From the NCBI GenBank assembly GCA_041648895.1, contig JBAZOB010000002.1:826-64825 (forward strand): a stretch of 64,000 bases of DNA, read 5' to 3'. This document shows positions 50,829-60,889 of this stretch, one piece after another (within the stretch, counting starts at the first letter, position 1; each line of letters begins with the position of its first letter). This DNA comes from Patescibacteria group bacterium. GTDB lineage: Bacteria > Patescibacteriota > JAHJAL01. A model generated the notes under the pieces. That model saw only the letters and a program-made list of their open reading frames with translations. It was not told where the DNA came from and did no database searches. A program made the translations under genes and the position numbers.

Positions 50829-52487
50829 ATGTTTCACTCGTCCAAAATATTTTTATTCACCGCTTTATTTGTAATTCTAAACATACTATCCAGTATGCTT
50901 TTCACCCGGTTCGATTTTACCGCCGGGCAAATATATACTTTGTCAAATTCCACTCGGCAAATAGTTGATAATTTACCCGAAGGGATAGAAATCAAGGCCT
51001 TTGTGTCCAATAATTTGCCGGCCCAATATGTTACCTCCAAAAATCAACTATTGGATAAATTGGATGAATATCGCAATATTTCCGGTAAATTATCGGTCAA
51101 TATCTATGATCCGGTTAATGATACCGCGGCCGCCAGCCTGGCTGAAGCTCTGGGCATTCCTTCGCTTGATCTGCAAGCGGTGGAAAAAGATCAATATCAA
51201 GTCGTTAAAGCCTATTTTGGTTTAGCCGTTTTAAAACATAAATCTGATGCGTCGAACCCTAGTGATAACAGTAATTCCGGGCCCTTGGCCGACTATGAAA
51301 AGCAAGAAGTTCTGCCGGTTATCCAAAGCTTGAACTCTTTAGAATATGACTTAGGCTCAATGCTTCTGAAAGTTGGCTCAAATGAGCAAATGACCATCGG
51401 TTTTCTGACCGGTCACGGCGAACATGGTTTTGCATCAGCCAACTCCTATTTTACCGGCGCCAATGTCAATCCTCGTGATGACTACACCATCTGGCAGACT
51501 TTGAGTCGCAATTATCATGTTATTCAGATTGATCTGTCAGCCGCTCCCGCTGTGGAAAACAGTGATAACCAAGATCCATTAGCCAGCGTTGATACGTTGG
51601 TAATTGCCGGTCCGACTCAAGCTTTTAGTGAAGAAGATATCAATCAAATCCATAATTTTGTGCAAAACGGTGGTCAGGCCATTTTACTCATTGACAGTAT
51701 GAATGTCGATTTACAGTATTCATTGTCCGCCTCGACTTTACCGGAAAATTACCAGCAATTATTGGCCCCCTGGGGAGTGAGAGTCGATAATAAATTAGTC
51801 GCCGATGCCAACAATGACATGGCCAGTTTTAACCAAGGTTATGTTACCTATTCTTTGCCTTATCCATATTTTGCGAAAGTTACCGATTTGAGTGAAGATA
51901 ATGTCATTACTCGTGATTTGGAATCAATCACCTTGCCCTGGACTAGCCCACTCGATATTACTGACATTGAAGGGGTTAGTATCGAAAAAATAGCCTATTC
52001 TTCGCCTCATTACAATTTAGTTACCGAAAATACCGTCGCCGCGCCAGCTGACACTACAAATCTGGCTGACGAAACCGATACTAGTGTCGCCGCCAACCCC
52101 GCCACTCAAACCGAACCAATTGATCTAAATCCCCAACAAGATTTTAATATTTCCAGTCAAGCCAAAGATCCGGTCACTCTGGCCGTTATCGCCAAAAAAA
52201 ATAACGAAGGGCAAGTTTTAATTATGGGTGATTCTGATTTTTTAAGTCAAAATTTTCCCGGCAATGAAATATTTTTTCAAAATGCCGTTGATACTTTTAC
52301 TCTCGGTGACACCCTGATCCAAATCCGTTCCAAAAATATCACTGATCGCCCCCTCCGGCCTTTAACTGAAACAAAAAAAGACACCATTCGCTGGGGCCTG
52401 ATCATTGGCATACCGCTCTTATTTGTCCTCTATGGCATTTTCCGCCGCTGGCAACGTGTTAATTTAAAAAATGCCAGCCAGATTTAA
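50829..52487 (+). CDS. GldG-like ABC auxiliary component
   Basis: RFDFT...YTLS, IGFLTGHGE, LVIAGP, GDSDF, IRSK...RPL, C-terminal TM. Confidence 0.88.
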   Translation: MFHSSKIFLFTALFVILNILSSMLFTRFDFTAGQIYTLSNSTRQIVDNLPEGIEIKAFVSNNLPAQYVTSKNQLLDKLDEYRNISGKLSVNIYDPVNDTAAASLAEALGIPSLDLQAVEKDQYQVVKAYFGLAVLKHKSDASNPSDNSNSGPLADYEKQEVLPVIQSLNSLEYDLGSMLLKVGSNEQMTIGFLTGHGEHGFASANSYFTGANVNPRDDYTIWQTLSRNYHVIQIDLSAAPAVENSDNQDPLASVDTLVIAGPTQAFSEEDINQIHNFVQNGGQAILLIDSMNVDLQYSLSASTLPENYQQLLAPWGVRVDNKLVADANNDMASFNQGYVTYSLPYPYFAKVTDLSEDNVITRDLESITLPWTSPLDITDIEGVSIEKIAYSSPHYNLVTENTVAAPADTTNLADETDTSVAANPATQTEPIDLNPQQDFNISSQAKDPVTLAVIAKKNNEGQVLIMGDSDFLSQNFPGNEIFFQNAVDTFTLGDTLIQIRSKNITDRPLRPLTETKKDTIRWGLIIGIPLLFVLYGIFRRWQRVNLKNASQI

Positions 52488-52512
52488 TGAATAATTATTC
52501 ATTATTAATTAT

Positions 52513-53121
52513 TCATTTATAATTTGTTATTCTGACTCCCACCTCCGCCAAAAATAACCCCAAAAAAGCTCCCGCCATCACATCGATTACAAAATGTACT
52601 CCCAAATAAACTCGGGAAAAAGCCACTAAAAAAGCCAACAGATAAAACGCCAAATTTATTTTGGCGTTATATTTATAATGATTTGTCAAAAAATAAGCGA
52701 TAAAAAAAGCAAAGGCACTATGCCCGCTTGGGAAACTATATTGCCACATCAGGTTCGAAGAAACTAACTGGGCCACGCCCGGGATATCTTCAAAGGGGCG
52801 CAAACGGGCTACATAGGCGTTGAGAAACAAATATATGATCGACAATAATATCATCAACAAACCCGTCATCAAAACCGCCGACCGGTCTTTTTTGTAGGCC
52901 AGATAAACTAAAAACAAAAAAACACCCACATAACTGCCCAAAGTATAACGAGTAATGAAAATCAGCCAATCAGTTATTGTCTGGCTATGTAGAGCATCAT
53001 AAATTACCAGAGTGATATTTTTATCCCACTCTCCGCCGAAGGAAGTCCCATAGAGCCACCACATCAAAACAAACCCGCCGAGATAAATCCAGTGTGTATA
53101 GCTCTTTCTGGCTATCTTCAA
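52513..53121 (-). CDS. PAP2 family phosphatase (undecaprenyl-PP phosphatase-like)
   Basis: RLRP, SFPSGH, SRVYLGVHF..DV. Confidence 0.9.
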   Translation of the reverse strand: MKIARKSYTHWIYLGGFVLMWWLYGTSFGGEWDKNITLVIYDALHSQTITDWLIFITRYTLGSYVGVFLFLVYLAYKKDRSAVLMTGLLMILLSIIYLFLNAYVARLRPFEDIPGVAQLVSSNLMWQYSFPSGHSAFAFFIAYFLTNHYKYNAKINLAFYLLAFLVAFSRVYLGVHFVIDVMAGAFLGLFLAEVGVRITNYK

Positions 53122-53173
53122 TTTAATATTTCCCTAATTATTAATTCCAAATTTCTAATTCCTGATTTTAAAG

Positions 53174-53247
53174 TGGGCGGTATAGGGATCGAACCCATGA
53201 CCTCCTCGGTGTAAACGAGGCGCTCTAGCCAGCTGAGCTAACCGCCC
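53174..53247 (-). tRNA. tRNA-Val(TAC), CCA not encoded
   Basis: GGGCGGT acceptor, CCTCG-TTTACAC-CGAGG anticodon arm, GGTTCGAT T loop. Confidence 0.95.
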
Positions 53248-53319
53248 ATATTCTGATTACATTTTAATCACATCTTAAATTCTAATTCATAACTGGTATT
53301 TTTTCAAACATGCAAATAA

Positions 53320-55512
53320 TTAATCAATTTTCCGCAGGGGTGCAATCGCCGCCGCCAGACTTTTTACCCCGCCACCAATAAAAGCCACTTTAATTATCCC
53401 ACCTTGAACTTGTACCACTCGACCTTCACCGAATTTCGGATGGACCACTTTGTCGCCAGAACAATATTCGCCATTATCCTCATCAAGCACAATCTTGGTA
53501 GTTTCTGGCTGTGTGTATTTACTTCCTGATGATTTTTTTGGCTTAACATGATAACGTAAATTTTCCGGAATATCATCAATAAATTGCGAGGGCAAATTAC
53601 TTTGTAAATTACCAAATATTTTACGCATAATGGCGTAGGTTAAATAGAGCCTTTTTTTCGCCCTGGTTACTCCCACGTAACACAGTCGCCGTTCCTCCTC
53701 CATTTCCGCCGGCTCGGTTAGGGAACGAGCGTGCGGAAAAATATTTTCCTCCATGCCGACAATAAACACAGCGGGGAACTCTAAGCCTTTGGCACTATGC
53801 ATAGTCATCAAGGTGACCGCGTTTTCATTGACGTCATAGTTATCAATATCCGTAATTAGCGCAATCTCTTCCAAAAATAACCGCACACCTTCGACCGCCG
53901 CATAATCATTGTATCGATCCAGCACAGTTAATAACTCCTGTAAATTTTCCACCCGACTTTCACCCTCCACCGTTTTATTATCTGTCCATTCCAAATATCC
54001 AGTCTTATTCAACACCAAGGTCAAAAACTCCCCCGGCAATAATTCATCCAAATGATTCTGCAGTCCATTGATTACCTGATGAAATTTTATCAAGGCGTTA
54101 ATAGCTCGACTGTTCAAATGATTAGCCGCTAATTCCGACACCCCATTTTCACCAGCCGCCATTTGTCCGATCACCTCCCATAAAGTCATGGAGTATTCCA
54201 GACCAATCACTTCCAAAGCTGTCACTGTTTTGGCGCTTATAGCACGGGGCGGCACATTGATAACGCGTTTAATGCTCAAGGTGTCGGTGGGATTAACAAT
54301 AAGACGTAAATAAGCCAAAGCGTCTTTAATTTCTTTTCTTTCGTAAAATTTTTGCCCGCCCACAATCCGGTAGGGAATATTGTAACGTAAAAACATTTCT
54401 TCCAGTGTTCTCGATTGAGCGTTAGTACGATACAAAACGGCGAAATCACCATAATCCATCCCATCCTGACTTTTGAGGCGATTGATCTCACTGGCGACAT
54501 AGCGAGCTTCATCTTGTTCACTACTGGACTCATAAACAGAAATTAGCTCACCCTTGGGGTTGTCAGTCCACAATTTCTTTTTTTTCTGCCTTTTATTTTT
54601 GGCAATAATATAGCCGGCCGCCTCCAGAATATTCTTCGTCGACCGATAATTACGTTCCAACTTCACCACTTTGGCCCGCGGATAATCTTTTTCAAATTCC
54701 AAAATATTACGGATCGTCGCCCCCCGCCAGGAATAGATCGATTGAGCGTCATCACCCACCACGCAAATATTTTCCCGTTGATTAACCAAAAGACGAATCA
54801 GAGTGTACTGAGCATGATTAGTATCCTGGTATTCATCAATCAATACATATTGAAAACGAGTCTGATATTCCCGTCGCACTTCATCATGATTTTGCAGTAA
54901 TTCCACGGTTTTCATAATTAGATCATCAAAATCCAAAGCGTTATTTTCTTTGAGAATTTTTTGATAAGCCGTATAAACGTCGGAGACAATTGAACCAAAA
55001 TGACTCAAATGAGCCACCTCTTGGTATTGAGTCGGATTCATCAACTCATTTTTAGCTCCCGAAATATGAGCCTTGATGGCTTGTGGATTGTATTGTTTGG
55101 GATCAATATTGAGATCTTTCATCACTTGTTTAATCACCACCTGTTGATCCTTGGTATCGTAAATGACAAAACTACTATTGTAACCCACCAGACCACCATG
55201 CTGGCGTAAAATCTTCACGCAGACAGAATGAAAAGTTCCCATCCATGGCAAAAACCGATTAATATCACTTTTAGTGTGACCAATCAGCAAAAAAATCCGC
55301 TCCTTCATCTCTTTGGCCGCCTTATTGGTAAAAGTCACCGCCAAAATATTGAACGGACTAACTTTCATTTTATGTACAATGTAAGCCATCCGGTGTGTCA
55401 AAGTCTTGGTCTTACCACTGCCCGCTCCCGCCAAAATTAATAATGGACCTTCAGTTGTTTCCACCGCGGCTCGCTGTTTATCATTTAAATCTTTCAAAAT
55501 ATGCTTTATCAT
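53320..55512 (-). CDS. pcrA: ATP-dependent DNA helicase PcrA/UvrD
   Basis: AGAGSGKT, DEYQDTN, VGDDAQSIY, HSAKGLEF, EERRLCYVGVTRA. Confidence 0.96.
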   Translation of the reverse strand: MIKHILKDLNDKQRAAVETTEGPLLILAGAGSGKTKTLTHRMAYIVHKMKVSPFNILAVTFTNKAAKEMKERIFLLIGHTKSDINRFLPWMGTFHSVCVKILRQHGGLVGYNSSFVIYDTKDQQVVIKQVMKDLNIDPKQYNPQAIKAHISGAKNELMNPTQYQEVAHLSHFGSIVSDVYTAYQKILKENNALDFDDLIMKTVELLQNHDEVRREYQTRFQYVLIDEYQDTNHAQYTLIRLLVNQRENICVVGDDAQSIYSWRGATIRNILEFEKDYPRAKVVKLERNYRSTKNILEAAGYIIAKNKRQKKKKLWTDNPKGELISVYESSSEQDEARYVASEINRLKSQDGMDYGDFAVLYRTNAQSRTLEEMFLRYNIPYRIVGGQKFYERKEIKDALAYLRLIVNPTDTLSIKRVINVPPRAISAKTVTALEVIGLEYSMTLWEVIGQMAAGENGVSELAANHLNSRAINALIKFHQVINGLQNHLDELLPGEFLTLVLNKTGYLEWTDNKTVEGESRVENLQELLTVLDRYNDYAAVEGVRLFLEEIALITDIDNYDVNENAVTLMTMHSAKGLEFPAVFIVGMEENIFPHARSLTEPAEMEEERRLCYVGVTRAKKRLYLTYAIMRKIFGNLQSNLPSQFIDDIPENLRYHVKPKKSSGSKYTQPETTKIVLDEDNGEYCSGDKVVHPKFGEGRVVQVQGGIIKVAFIGGGVKSLAAAIAPLRKID

Positions 55513-55515
55513 CGA

Positions 55516-56109
55516 CTAAATCTTTTCCTTTAATTTAAAAAACTGACTAAAAATTTCGATCAGCTGCCGGTTATCGGCAAATTGATAATCGGTAATAAAG
55601 ATAATCTGGTTTAATTCGGTAAATTCCAAACAATTAACTTGACCTTGGAACAAATCGGATAAACTGATTAATAAATCATTGGATTTAACTAAATTATCAA
55701 TAATATACGTCTCCGGCGCGGTGATGGTGTAAATTTGGCCATTGATATGGATTGGTCTTTGCTCTGGCCAATTATATTTTTGGTCGCTGCTACTGATTAT
55801 CATTGGTCGCACCTCATCTGCAAGCAGGAAGAAAGTAAAATTCACCCCGGCTTGGTCAAATAAACCAAAATATAATTCCTTGCCTTCTCTTTTGCCGCCA
55901 TAGAAATATTGCCAATTGATTTGCGGCAAATGGCTGAAATATTGCGAATAATGCAATAAATCAGTGATTTCTCCTTGGTATTTATGCAGATTAAAATAAT
56001 TGACAAATTCCCTGATTATTGGCGGTGTTTTGGACCCAAACCAGCTAATTGCCAAGGTGACTATTACCAACAAAGCCCCGATTAAAATAATAAGTAGTCG
56101 CCAATCCAT
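55516..56109 (-). CDS. Hypothetical membrane-anchored protein
   Basis: N-terminal TM helix; ends 3 nt before the pcrA start. Confidence 0.6.
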   Translation of the reverse strand: MDWRLLIILIGALLVIVTLAISWFGSKTPPIIREFVNYFNLHKYQGEITDLLHYSQYFSHLPQINWQYFYGGKREGKELYFGLFDQAGVNFTFFLLADEVRPMIISSSDQKYNWPEQRPIHINGQIYTITAPETYIIDNLVKSNDLLISLSDLFQGQVNCLEFTELNQIIFITDYQFADNRQLIEIFSQFFKLKEKI

Positions 56110-56274
56110 ATATATTGATGAAATATTAAATCCTGCTTACTTTAGTTTAAATTTTTCTATTCATAAAAGCAAAAAACAAAAATTGCTTTTTATATGGTTT
56201 GAGGCTATGATTATTATTGTCCCAATAAAAATAACTGCACCCTATAACTCAAATTTACCACGAGTAAATAATCG

Positions 56275-56345
56275 GGCGTGGTGACCGAGTAGCTAGGTAG
56301 CGGTCTGCAAAACCGCGTACACGGGTGCAAATCCCGTCCACGCCT
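56275..56345 (+). tRNA. tRNA-Cys(GCA), CCA not encoded
   Basis: GGCGTGG/CCACGCC acceptor, GCGGT-CTGCAAA-ACCGC anticodon arm, U discriminator. Confidence 0.93.
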
Positions 56346-56382
56346 TTTTTGTAATTTTTAATTTTAAATTTAAAATTATTCT

Positions 56383-56601
56383 ATGCCAACCTATTATCAA
56401 ATTGCCCAAATTGTCGTTAGCGTTTTATTGATACTATTTATCCTCCTGCAGCACAAAAGCTCGGCTCTGGGTGGAGTTTTTGGTGGCGACGGTAATGTCT
56501 ATAAAAGTAAAAGGGGATTAGACAAATTTCTACATTGGGGAACCATTGTTCTAGCCACTCTTTTTATCGTTTCCTCGGTGGTTAATTTGTTGATCCAATA
56601 A
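56383..56601 (+). CDS. secG: Preprotein translocase subunit SecG
   Basis: ILLQ...LGGVFGG...KRGLDKFL, two TMs. Confidence 0.9.
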   Translation: MPTYYQIAQIVVSVLLILFILLQHKSSALGGVFGGDGNVYKSKRGLDKFLHWGTIVLATLFIVSSVVNLLIQ

Positions 56602-56617
56602 ATAATACTCATCAACC

Positions 56618-58339
56618 ATGAGCTCATCCTGGCGACGTTTTAAGCCAAAACAATTTATCTTGCCCAAAAATGCGCGCGACCTTCTTTCTTTTCTTGGCCG
56701 CTATTTGCCGCATATTTTAATTTTTTTAGTAGTTTTCGGTCTAATATTTTTTGGCTATCGATACTATATAGATCACACCGCTAGCGCCCCCCAAACTGGT
56801 GGCACGTTTATTGAAGGCATGGCTGGGCAACCGGGCATGATTAATCCCATCCTCTCTCAAACCAATGACGTTGACCGTGATTTATGCCAACTAATCTTTT
56901 CCGGCTTATTGACCTATAACCAGGATCATAACCTGATTGGTGATTTAGCTGATCACTGGGATATTTCCGAGGATGAAAAAGTATACACCGTCTATCTGAA
57001 AGATAATTTAAAATGGCATGATGGTGAGCCTCTAACTAGTGATGATGTGGTCCTCACCTTTCACCTTATTCAAAATGAACAATACCCGGGTACTTTAGCC
57101 AATAATTGGCAAGATGTCAGGGTGGAAAAAATTGATGACCAAACCATCCAGTTTTCGTTAAATGAAGTTTTCTCACCATTCTTAGTCAACCTCACCACTG
57201 GTATTTTGCCAGCGCATATTTTTGCCAATGCCGATCCCGCCAAAATTGACACCATGGACTTCAATTCCCAACCCATTGGCAGTGGTCCTTACAAAATCAG
57301 TAAAATTAAAATTGACAAAAAGGGTGTTTATAGTTCCATTGAGCTGGAATCTTTCCCTGATTATTATGGCCAGGCGCCGTATATTCCAAAAATTATTATC
57401 AAATTCTATGATGATTATCAGACACTTTACAGTGCCTATCGCCAAAAAGAAGTCCTAAGTATCGCCCATGTCTTAACCGCCGACTGGCCCATGGCTGATG
57501 GTATGCTAACCAACGTCAGTTATTATGATATTGCCTTGCCTCAATATACGGCTATTTTTATCAATCAAGACGCCAACACCACTCTCCGCGATCCCTATAT
57601 CAAAGAAGCCCTATATTATGGTCTGGACCGAGAGAGAATACTCGAAGAGGCTGTTTATAACAAAGGAAAAGTAATCGATACTCCCATCTTGGAGGGCTTT
57701 ATGGGCTATAATCCCGATATTGCGCATATTAATCGTGATGTAGAAAAAGCCAAAGCTGTCCTGGAACAAGGTAAATGGACTGATGTTGATGGTGATGGCG
57801 TTCGAGAAAAAGACAATGTCCGCTTAAAAATTAACTTGATTACCTCCGACAACCCCGAATTCGTTTTAGCATCCCGGATTATTCAAACCAACTGGCAGGA
57901 AATTGGTATTCAAGTCGAAGTTGGCGTGTTTACCATTGGCGAGTTGGAAAGCCAATACATCAAACCCCGACAATATGATGCTTTATTATTTGGTGAAAAC
58001 CTGGGCGCCGACCCCGACCCCTATGTTTATTGGCATTCCAGTCAGATCAATGATCCAGGATTAAATTTATCCAACTATACCAACGTTGAAGTCGATCGAT
58101 ATTTAGAAAATGGTCGCCAAACCAACGATATCGAATCTCGCATTCATAACTACCTACCATTTCAAGAAGTGATTACCGATGAAAAACCAGCCATCTTTCT
58201 CTATCGGCCATACTACATTTATGCCGTTAATCCATCTGTTCAAGGTATCAATGTCGATCACGCTTCCAATCCCGCTGAACGCTTTTTATTTATCAGTGAT
58301 TGGTATATCAACACCCAGCGTGTTTGGAAAACTGCCTAA
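56618..58339 (+). CDS. Peptide ABC transporter substrate-binding protein (family 5)
   Basis: INPIL, IFSGL, KWHDGEPLTSDDVVLT, PIGSGPY. Confidence 0.9.
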   Translation: MSSSWRRFKPKQFILPKNARDLLSFLGRYLPHILIFLVVFGLIFFGYRYYIDHTASAPQTGGTFIEGMAGQPGMINPILSQTNDVDRDLCQLIFSGLLTYNQDHNLIGDLADHWDISEDEKVYTVYLKDNLKWHDGEPLTSDDVVLTFHLIQNEQYPGTLANNWQDVRVEKIDDQTIQFSLNEVFSPFLVNLTTGILPAHIFANADPAKIDTMDFNSQPIGSGPYKISKIKIDKKGVYSSIELESFPDYYGQAPYIPKIIIKFYDDYQTLYSAYRQKEVLSIAHVLTADWPMADGMLTNVSYYDIALPQYTAIFINQDANTTLRDPYIKEALYYGLDRERILEEAVYNKGKVIDTPILEGFMGYNPDIAHINRDVEKAKAVLEQGKWTDVDGDGVREKDNVRLKINLITSDNPEFVLASRIIQTNWQEIGIQVEVGVFTIGELESQYIKPRQYDALLFGENLGADPDPYVYWHSSQINDPGLNLSNYTNVEVDRYLENGRQTNDIESRIHNYLPFQEVITDEKPAIFLYRPYYIYAVNPSVQGINVDHASNPAERFLFISDWYINTQRVWKTA

Positions 58340-58361
58340 TTATCTTAATAATTCATCTTTA

Positions 58362-58513
58362 GGGGCCCCAGAAATTGTGAGCGTCCGATCAAGCGGAGCG
58401 TAGCGAGCATTGATCAGGCAGCGAAAATTTTTGGGGAAAGGTAGAGACGCTCTAATTAGCAAAGCAGGAGGCCCGATAGGGACTCATGCGTAGCGGTGAA
58501 AGCGATCTCGACC
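58362..58513. other. GC-rich double-hairpin element directly upstream of tRNA-Leu
   Basis: CCCCAGAAATT/AATTTTTGGGG with inner GATCAA/TTGATC; second stem GGTAGAGACGCT/AGCGATCTCGACC. Confidence 0.55.
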
Positions 58514-58517
58514 GAGA

Positions 58518-58599
58518 GCGGACGTGGCGAAACTGGTAGACGCGCATGCTTGAGGGGCATGTGGGGCAACCTATGGGAGTTCGAATCTCCCCGTCCGCA
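58518..58599 (+). tRNA. tRNA-Leu(GAG), CCA not encoded
   Basis: GCGGACG/CGTCCGC acceptor, CATGC-TTGAGGG-GCATG, long variable arm, GTTCGAAT. Confidence 0.95.
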
Positions 58600-58610
58600 T
58601 TTGTGTAAAT

Positions 58611-58647
58611 AAAAAAAATAACCCGAAACAAAATCTTCGGGTTATTT
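58611..58647. terminator. Bidirectional terminator
   Basis: AAATAACCCGAA/TTCGGGTTATTT with flanking A run. Confidence 0.75.
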
Positions 58648-58681
58648 AATTTTTCGTTTCTGCGCTTGTCAGCGTTTTGCT

Positions 58682-59254
58682 TTACATCATACCACCCATT
58701 CTCATCCGTCCACCACCAAAGCCTAGATCACCCATAATTCCTTTTCCATAACCATTGTCACTATTATGAGCGAATTCAAGAATTTGGCTTAATGAATTAA
58801 AGGCGTTTTCATCAACCAAATCAAGTAACTGCGAGCCATATTCACGAGTTTCAATAATTGATTTCCAGGCCTCAAAGTCGCCATTCTTGATTGCGTCCAT
58901 AACTGCCTGCCTGTCTGCCATATCATATTTTGGCCCCATGACATCGCTCAAGCCCAATTCATCCATAATGGCTTTCGCGCCTTCTTTGTCACCAGACTCC
59001 ATCAGTTGATGGGCCGCGGCAAACTGGGCGAAATTATTTTCGTTTATCACACTCAATAATTTATCTCCCCGCGGACTATCGGCCACTAATTGACTCCAGG
59101 TAGTATAGTCGCCGGCATCCATAGCCGCTTCAACTTCTTCACGAATTTGGCTCATTTGACCAGGATTATCGGCATTACCTGAAAAGGCCAAAGCGCCAGC
59201 GGCGGTGGTTAAGATAACTCCTCCGGTAATCAGACCGGTTAATATTTTATTCAT
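58682..59254 (-). CDS. Secreted helical protein with internal repeat and Gly/Met-rich tail
   Basis: AGGAG 7 nt before MNKILTG; signal peptide ending ALA; AMDAGDYTTW / AIKNGDFEAW repeats. Confidence 0.75.
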   Translation of the reverse strand: MNKILTGLITGGVILTTAAGALAFSGNADNPGQMSQIREEVEAAMDAGDYTTWSQLVADSPRGDKLLSVINENNFAQFAAAHQLMESGDKEGAKAIMDELGLSDVMGPKYDMADRQAVMDAIKNGDFEAWKSIIETREYGSQLLDLVDENAFNSLSQILEFAHNSDNGYGKGIMGDLGFGGGRMRMGGMM

Positions 59255-59347
59255 AATCATTCTCCTTTTTAATTTGACTAATTTAGTAAAATGGGATCCC
59301 GTTCTCATGCGCAGTTCGACCTATAGACTCCTGCTTTCAGTAGGTAG

Positions 59348-59374
59348 TACGTCCGGTGGCCCCATTTTCTTGCA
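59348..59374 (-). promoter_or_regulatory. Putative ECF sigma promoter
   Basis: TGCAAGAAAAT-N12-CGTA, same as 60811-60837. Confidence 0.75.
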
Positions 59375-59388
59375 AAAAAATTACTATA

Positions 59389-60147
59389 TTAATTCTTCGG
59401 ACCACCCATAAAACCCTTAGGCATATTATTTAGTCTCAACATATCACCCGCCTGCCAGGGTCGAAATTCTTCCGCCTTAAATTCAAACTCACCGGTTTTT
59501 TTGCCCAATATTTTTATCTTTTGGCCATTTTCCAATTTTTTTCCCGGAGGAATCTTCGCCTCACCAATATCAACTTTCCAATCATGAGGATCGATGGTTT
59601 TTAAAGTTAATGACTCATCATTTATATCAATAATTTTCCCCGCCAACAGACCCTGATCGGGCAAATAATATAGTTGATCCTTATTGGGCATAAAATTTTG
59701 AAAAATTGGTGCCCGATCGTGCAAGAAATTTCGTGCTTTTTTGGCCAAGCCGGCATAATGAAAAGCCCCTGCCGTCAAAATTATTAATATCAAACCAAAT
59801 AAAATTACCTGGTATTTAGGATAACGATAACCCTTGGGAGTGTTGAGAAAATTATAATATGCCAAAACAGCAACTACTATCAAAATTGCTGACCAAAAAT
59901 AAGGGAAGAAGCTAAATAACCAATGCCCCAAACCAATGCCCAACATCGGCCGCAGCCCCCATTCAACATCGGTTAGCTCAAAAAAAGTAATTCCGAGCGA
60001 AATTGCTCCCAGCAATAATAGAATAACCAACAATACCCACAGAAAACCGTGCTGCAGCCAAAAATGCCAACGGGGAATTGGTTTCACATTTTCCTGCTTG
60101 ATCTTGTCAATTACCTTGTCGCTGATTTTGATGTTATCTTTGTCCAT
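59389..60147 (-). CDS. Membrane protein, probable anti-sigma factor
   Basis: About 3 TMs plus a C-terminal beta domain, directly downstream of the ECF sigma. Confidence 0.65.
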   Translation of the reverse strand: MDKDNIKISDKVIDKIKQENVKPIPRWHFWLQHGFLWVLLVILLLLGAISLGITFFELTDVEWGLRPMLGIGLGHWLFSFFPYFWSAILIVVAVLAYYNFLNTPKGYRYPKYQVILFGLILIILTAGAFHYAGLAKKARNFLHDRAPIFQNFMPNKDQLYYLPDQGLLAGKIIDINDESLTLKTIDPHDWKVDIGEAKIPPGKKLENGQKIKILGKKTGEFEFKAEEFRPWQAGDMLRLNNMPKGFMGGPKN

Positions 60148-60178
60148 AATAAATTATGAATTAATTTAAACTAATCAT

Positions 60179-60787
60179 TTAAATCAAATCCTTTAAATTA
60201 TGTTCCTTATCTAATTTTTTAATCTTATCTTTGGCCCGATGGATTAGCGCCGAAACTGTTCCCACCGGTTTATGCAAAACATCACTAATTTCCTCATAAT
60301 CTTTTTGTTCCAAGTATCGCAGAATCAAAACTTCACGATAATTTTCCGGCAACAAATTAATTACTTCAACTATTTTTTCTTGCCGCTCCTTATCATGCAG
60401 TTCACTGCTAATTGTCTCATCGTCGGCGAGGGTGTTGGCCAAACCATTCTCTTCCTTGTCGATACTAATATATTTAACGTTTCTTTGCTGCCGACGCCAA
60501 TAACCAATGGCTTCATTGTGGGCAATCCGATAAATCCAGCTGGAAAACTTCAGGCTGGGGTCAAAATTATTAAGGTAGCGATAAGTCTTAATAAATGTCT
60601 CCTGCAAAATATCCTCCGCCGTTTCTTGATTAATTTTAATAATGCGGCGAATATAGCGCAACAATTTATGCTCATAACGTTGCATCAATTTATAAAATGC
60701 CGCTTCATCATCAACTGCCGCCTTGGCTAATTGTTCATCGGAATAATCCGATCCCAGAGTCATAATGGTTACAACTGCATTAATCAA
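60179..60787 (-). CDS. ECF RNA polymerase sigma factor
   Basis: AEDILQETF, FSSWIYRIAHN, LPENYREVLILRY...YEEIS...GTV...IHRAK. Confidence 0.93.
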   Translation of the reverse strand: MINAVVTIMTLGSDYSDEQLAKAAVDDEAAFYKLMQRYEHKLLRYIRRIIKINQETAEDILQETFIKTYRYLNNFDPSLKFSSWIYRIAHNEAIGYWRRQQRNVKYISIDKEENGLANTLADDETISSELHDKERQEKIVEVINLLPENYREVLILRYLEQKDYEEISDVLHKPVGTVSALIHRAKDKIKKLDKEHNLKDLI

Positions 60788-60810
60788 TAAGCGTCACTTT
60801 CAATATTTAA

Positions 60811-60837
60811 TACGCGATATTCTTTTATTTTCTTGCA
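60811..60837 (-). promoter_or_regulatory. Putative autoregulatory ECF promoter
   Basis: TGCAAGAAAAT-N12-CGTA upstream of the sigma gene. Confidence 0.75.
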
Positions 60838-60889
60838 GATAAATTATAAACTATAATTAAAATAAGAATTAATTATTAATTAAAAAAAT

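Noticed and set aside
48870-52487. Gliding motility system
   Set aside because: GldAFG-like ABC transporters are widespread in non-gliding bacteria and no other gld/spr genes are present.
56243-56267. AAATTTACCACGAGTAA upstream of tRNA-Cys resembles the start of the T-box leader (AAATTTACCAGACGAGTAA)
   Set aside because: Short, AT-rich, gapped match with only two instances; cannot be distinguished from chance.
53174-58599. Prophage or island integrated at the tRNAs
   Set aside because: No integrase, no duplicated tRNA 3' end seen, and flanking genes are housekeeping.
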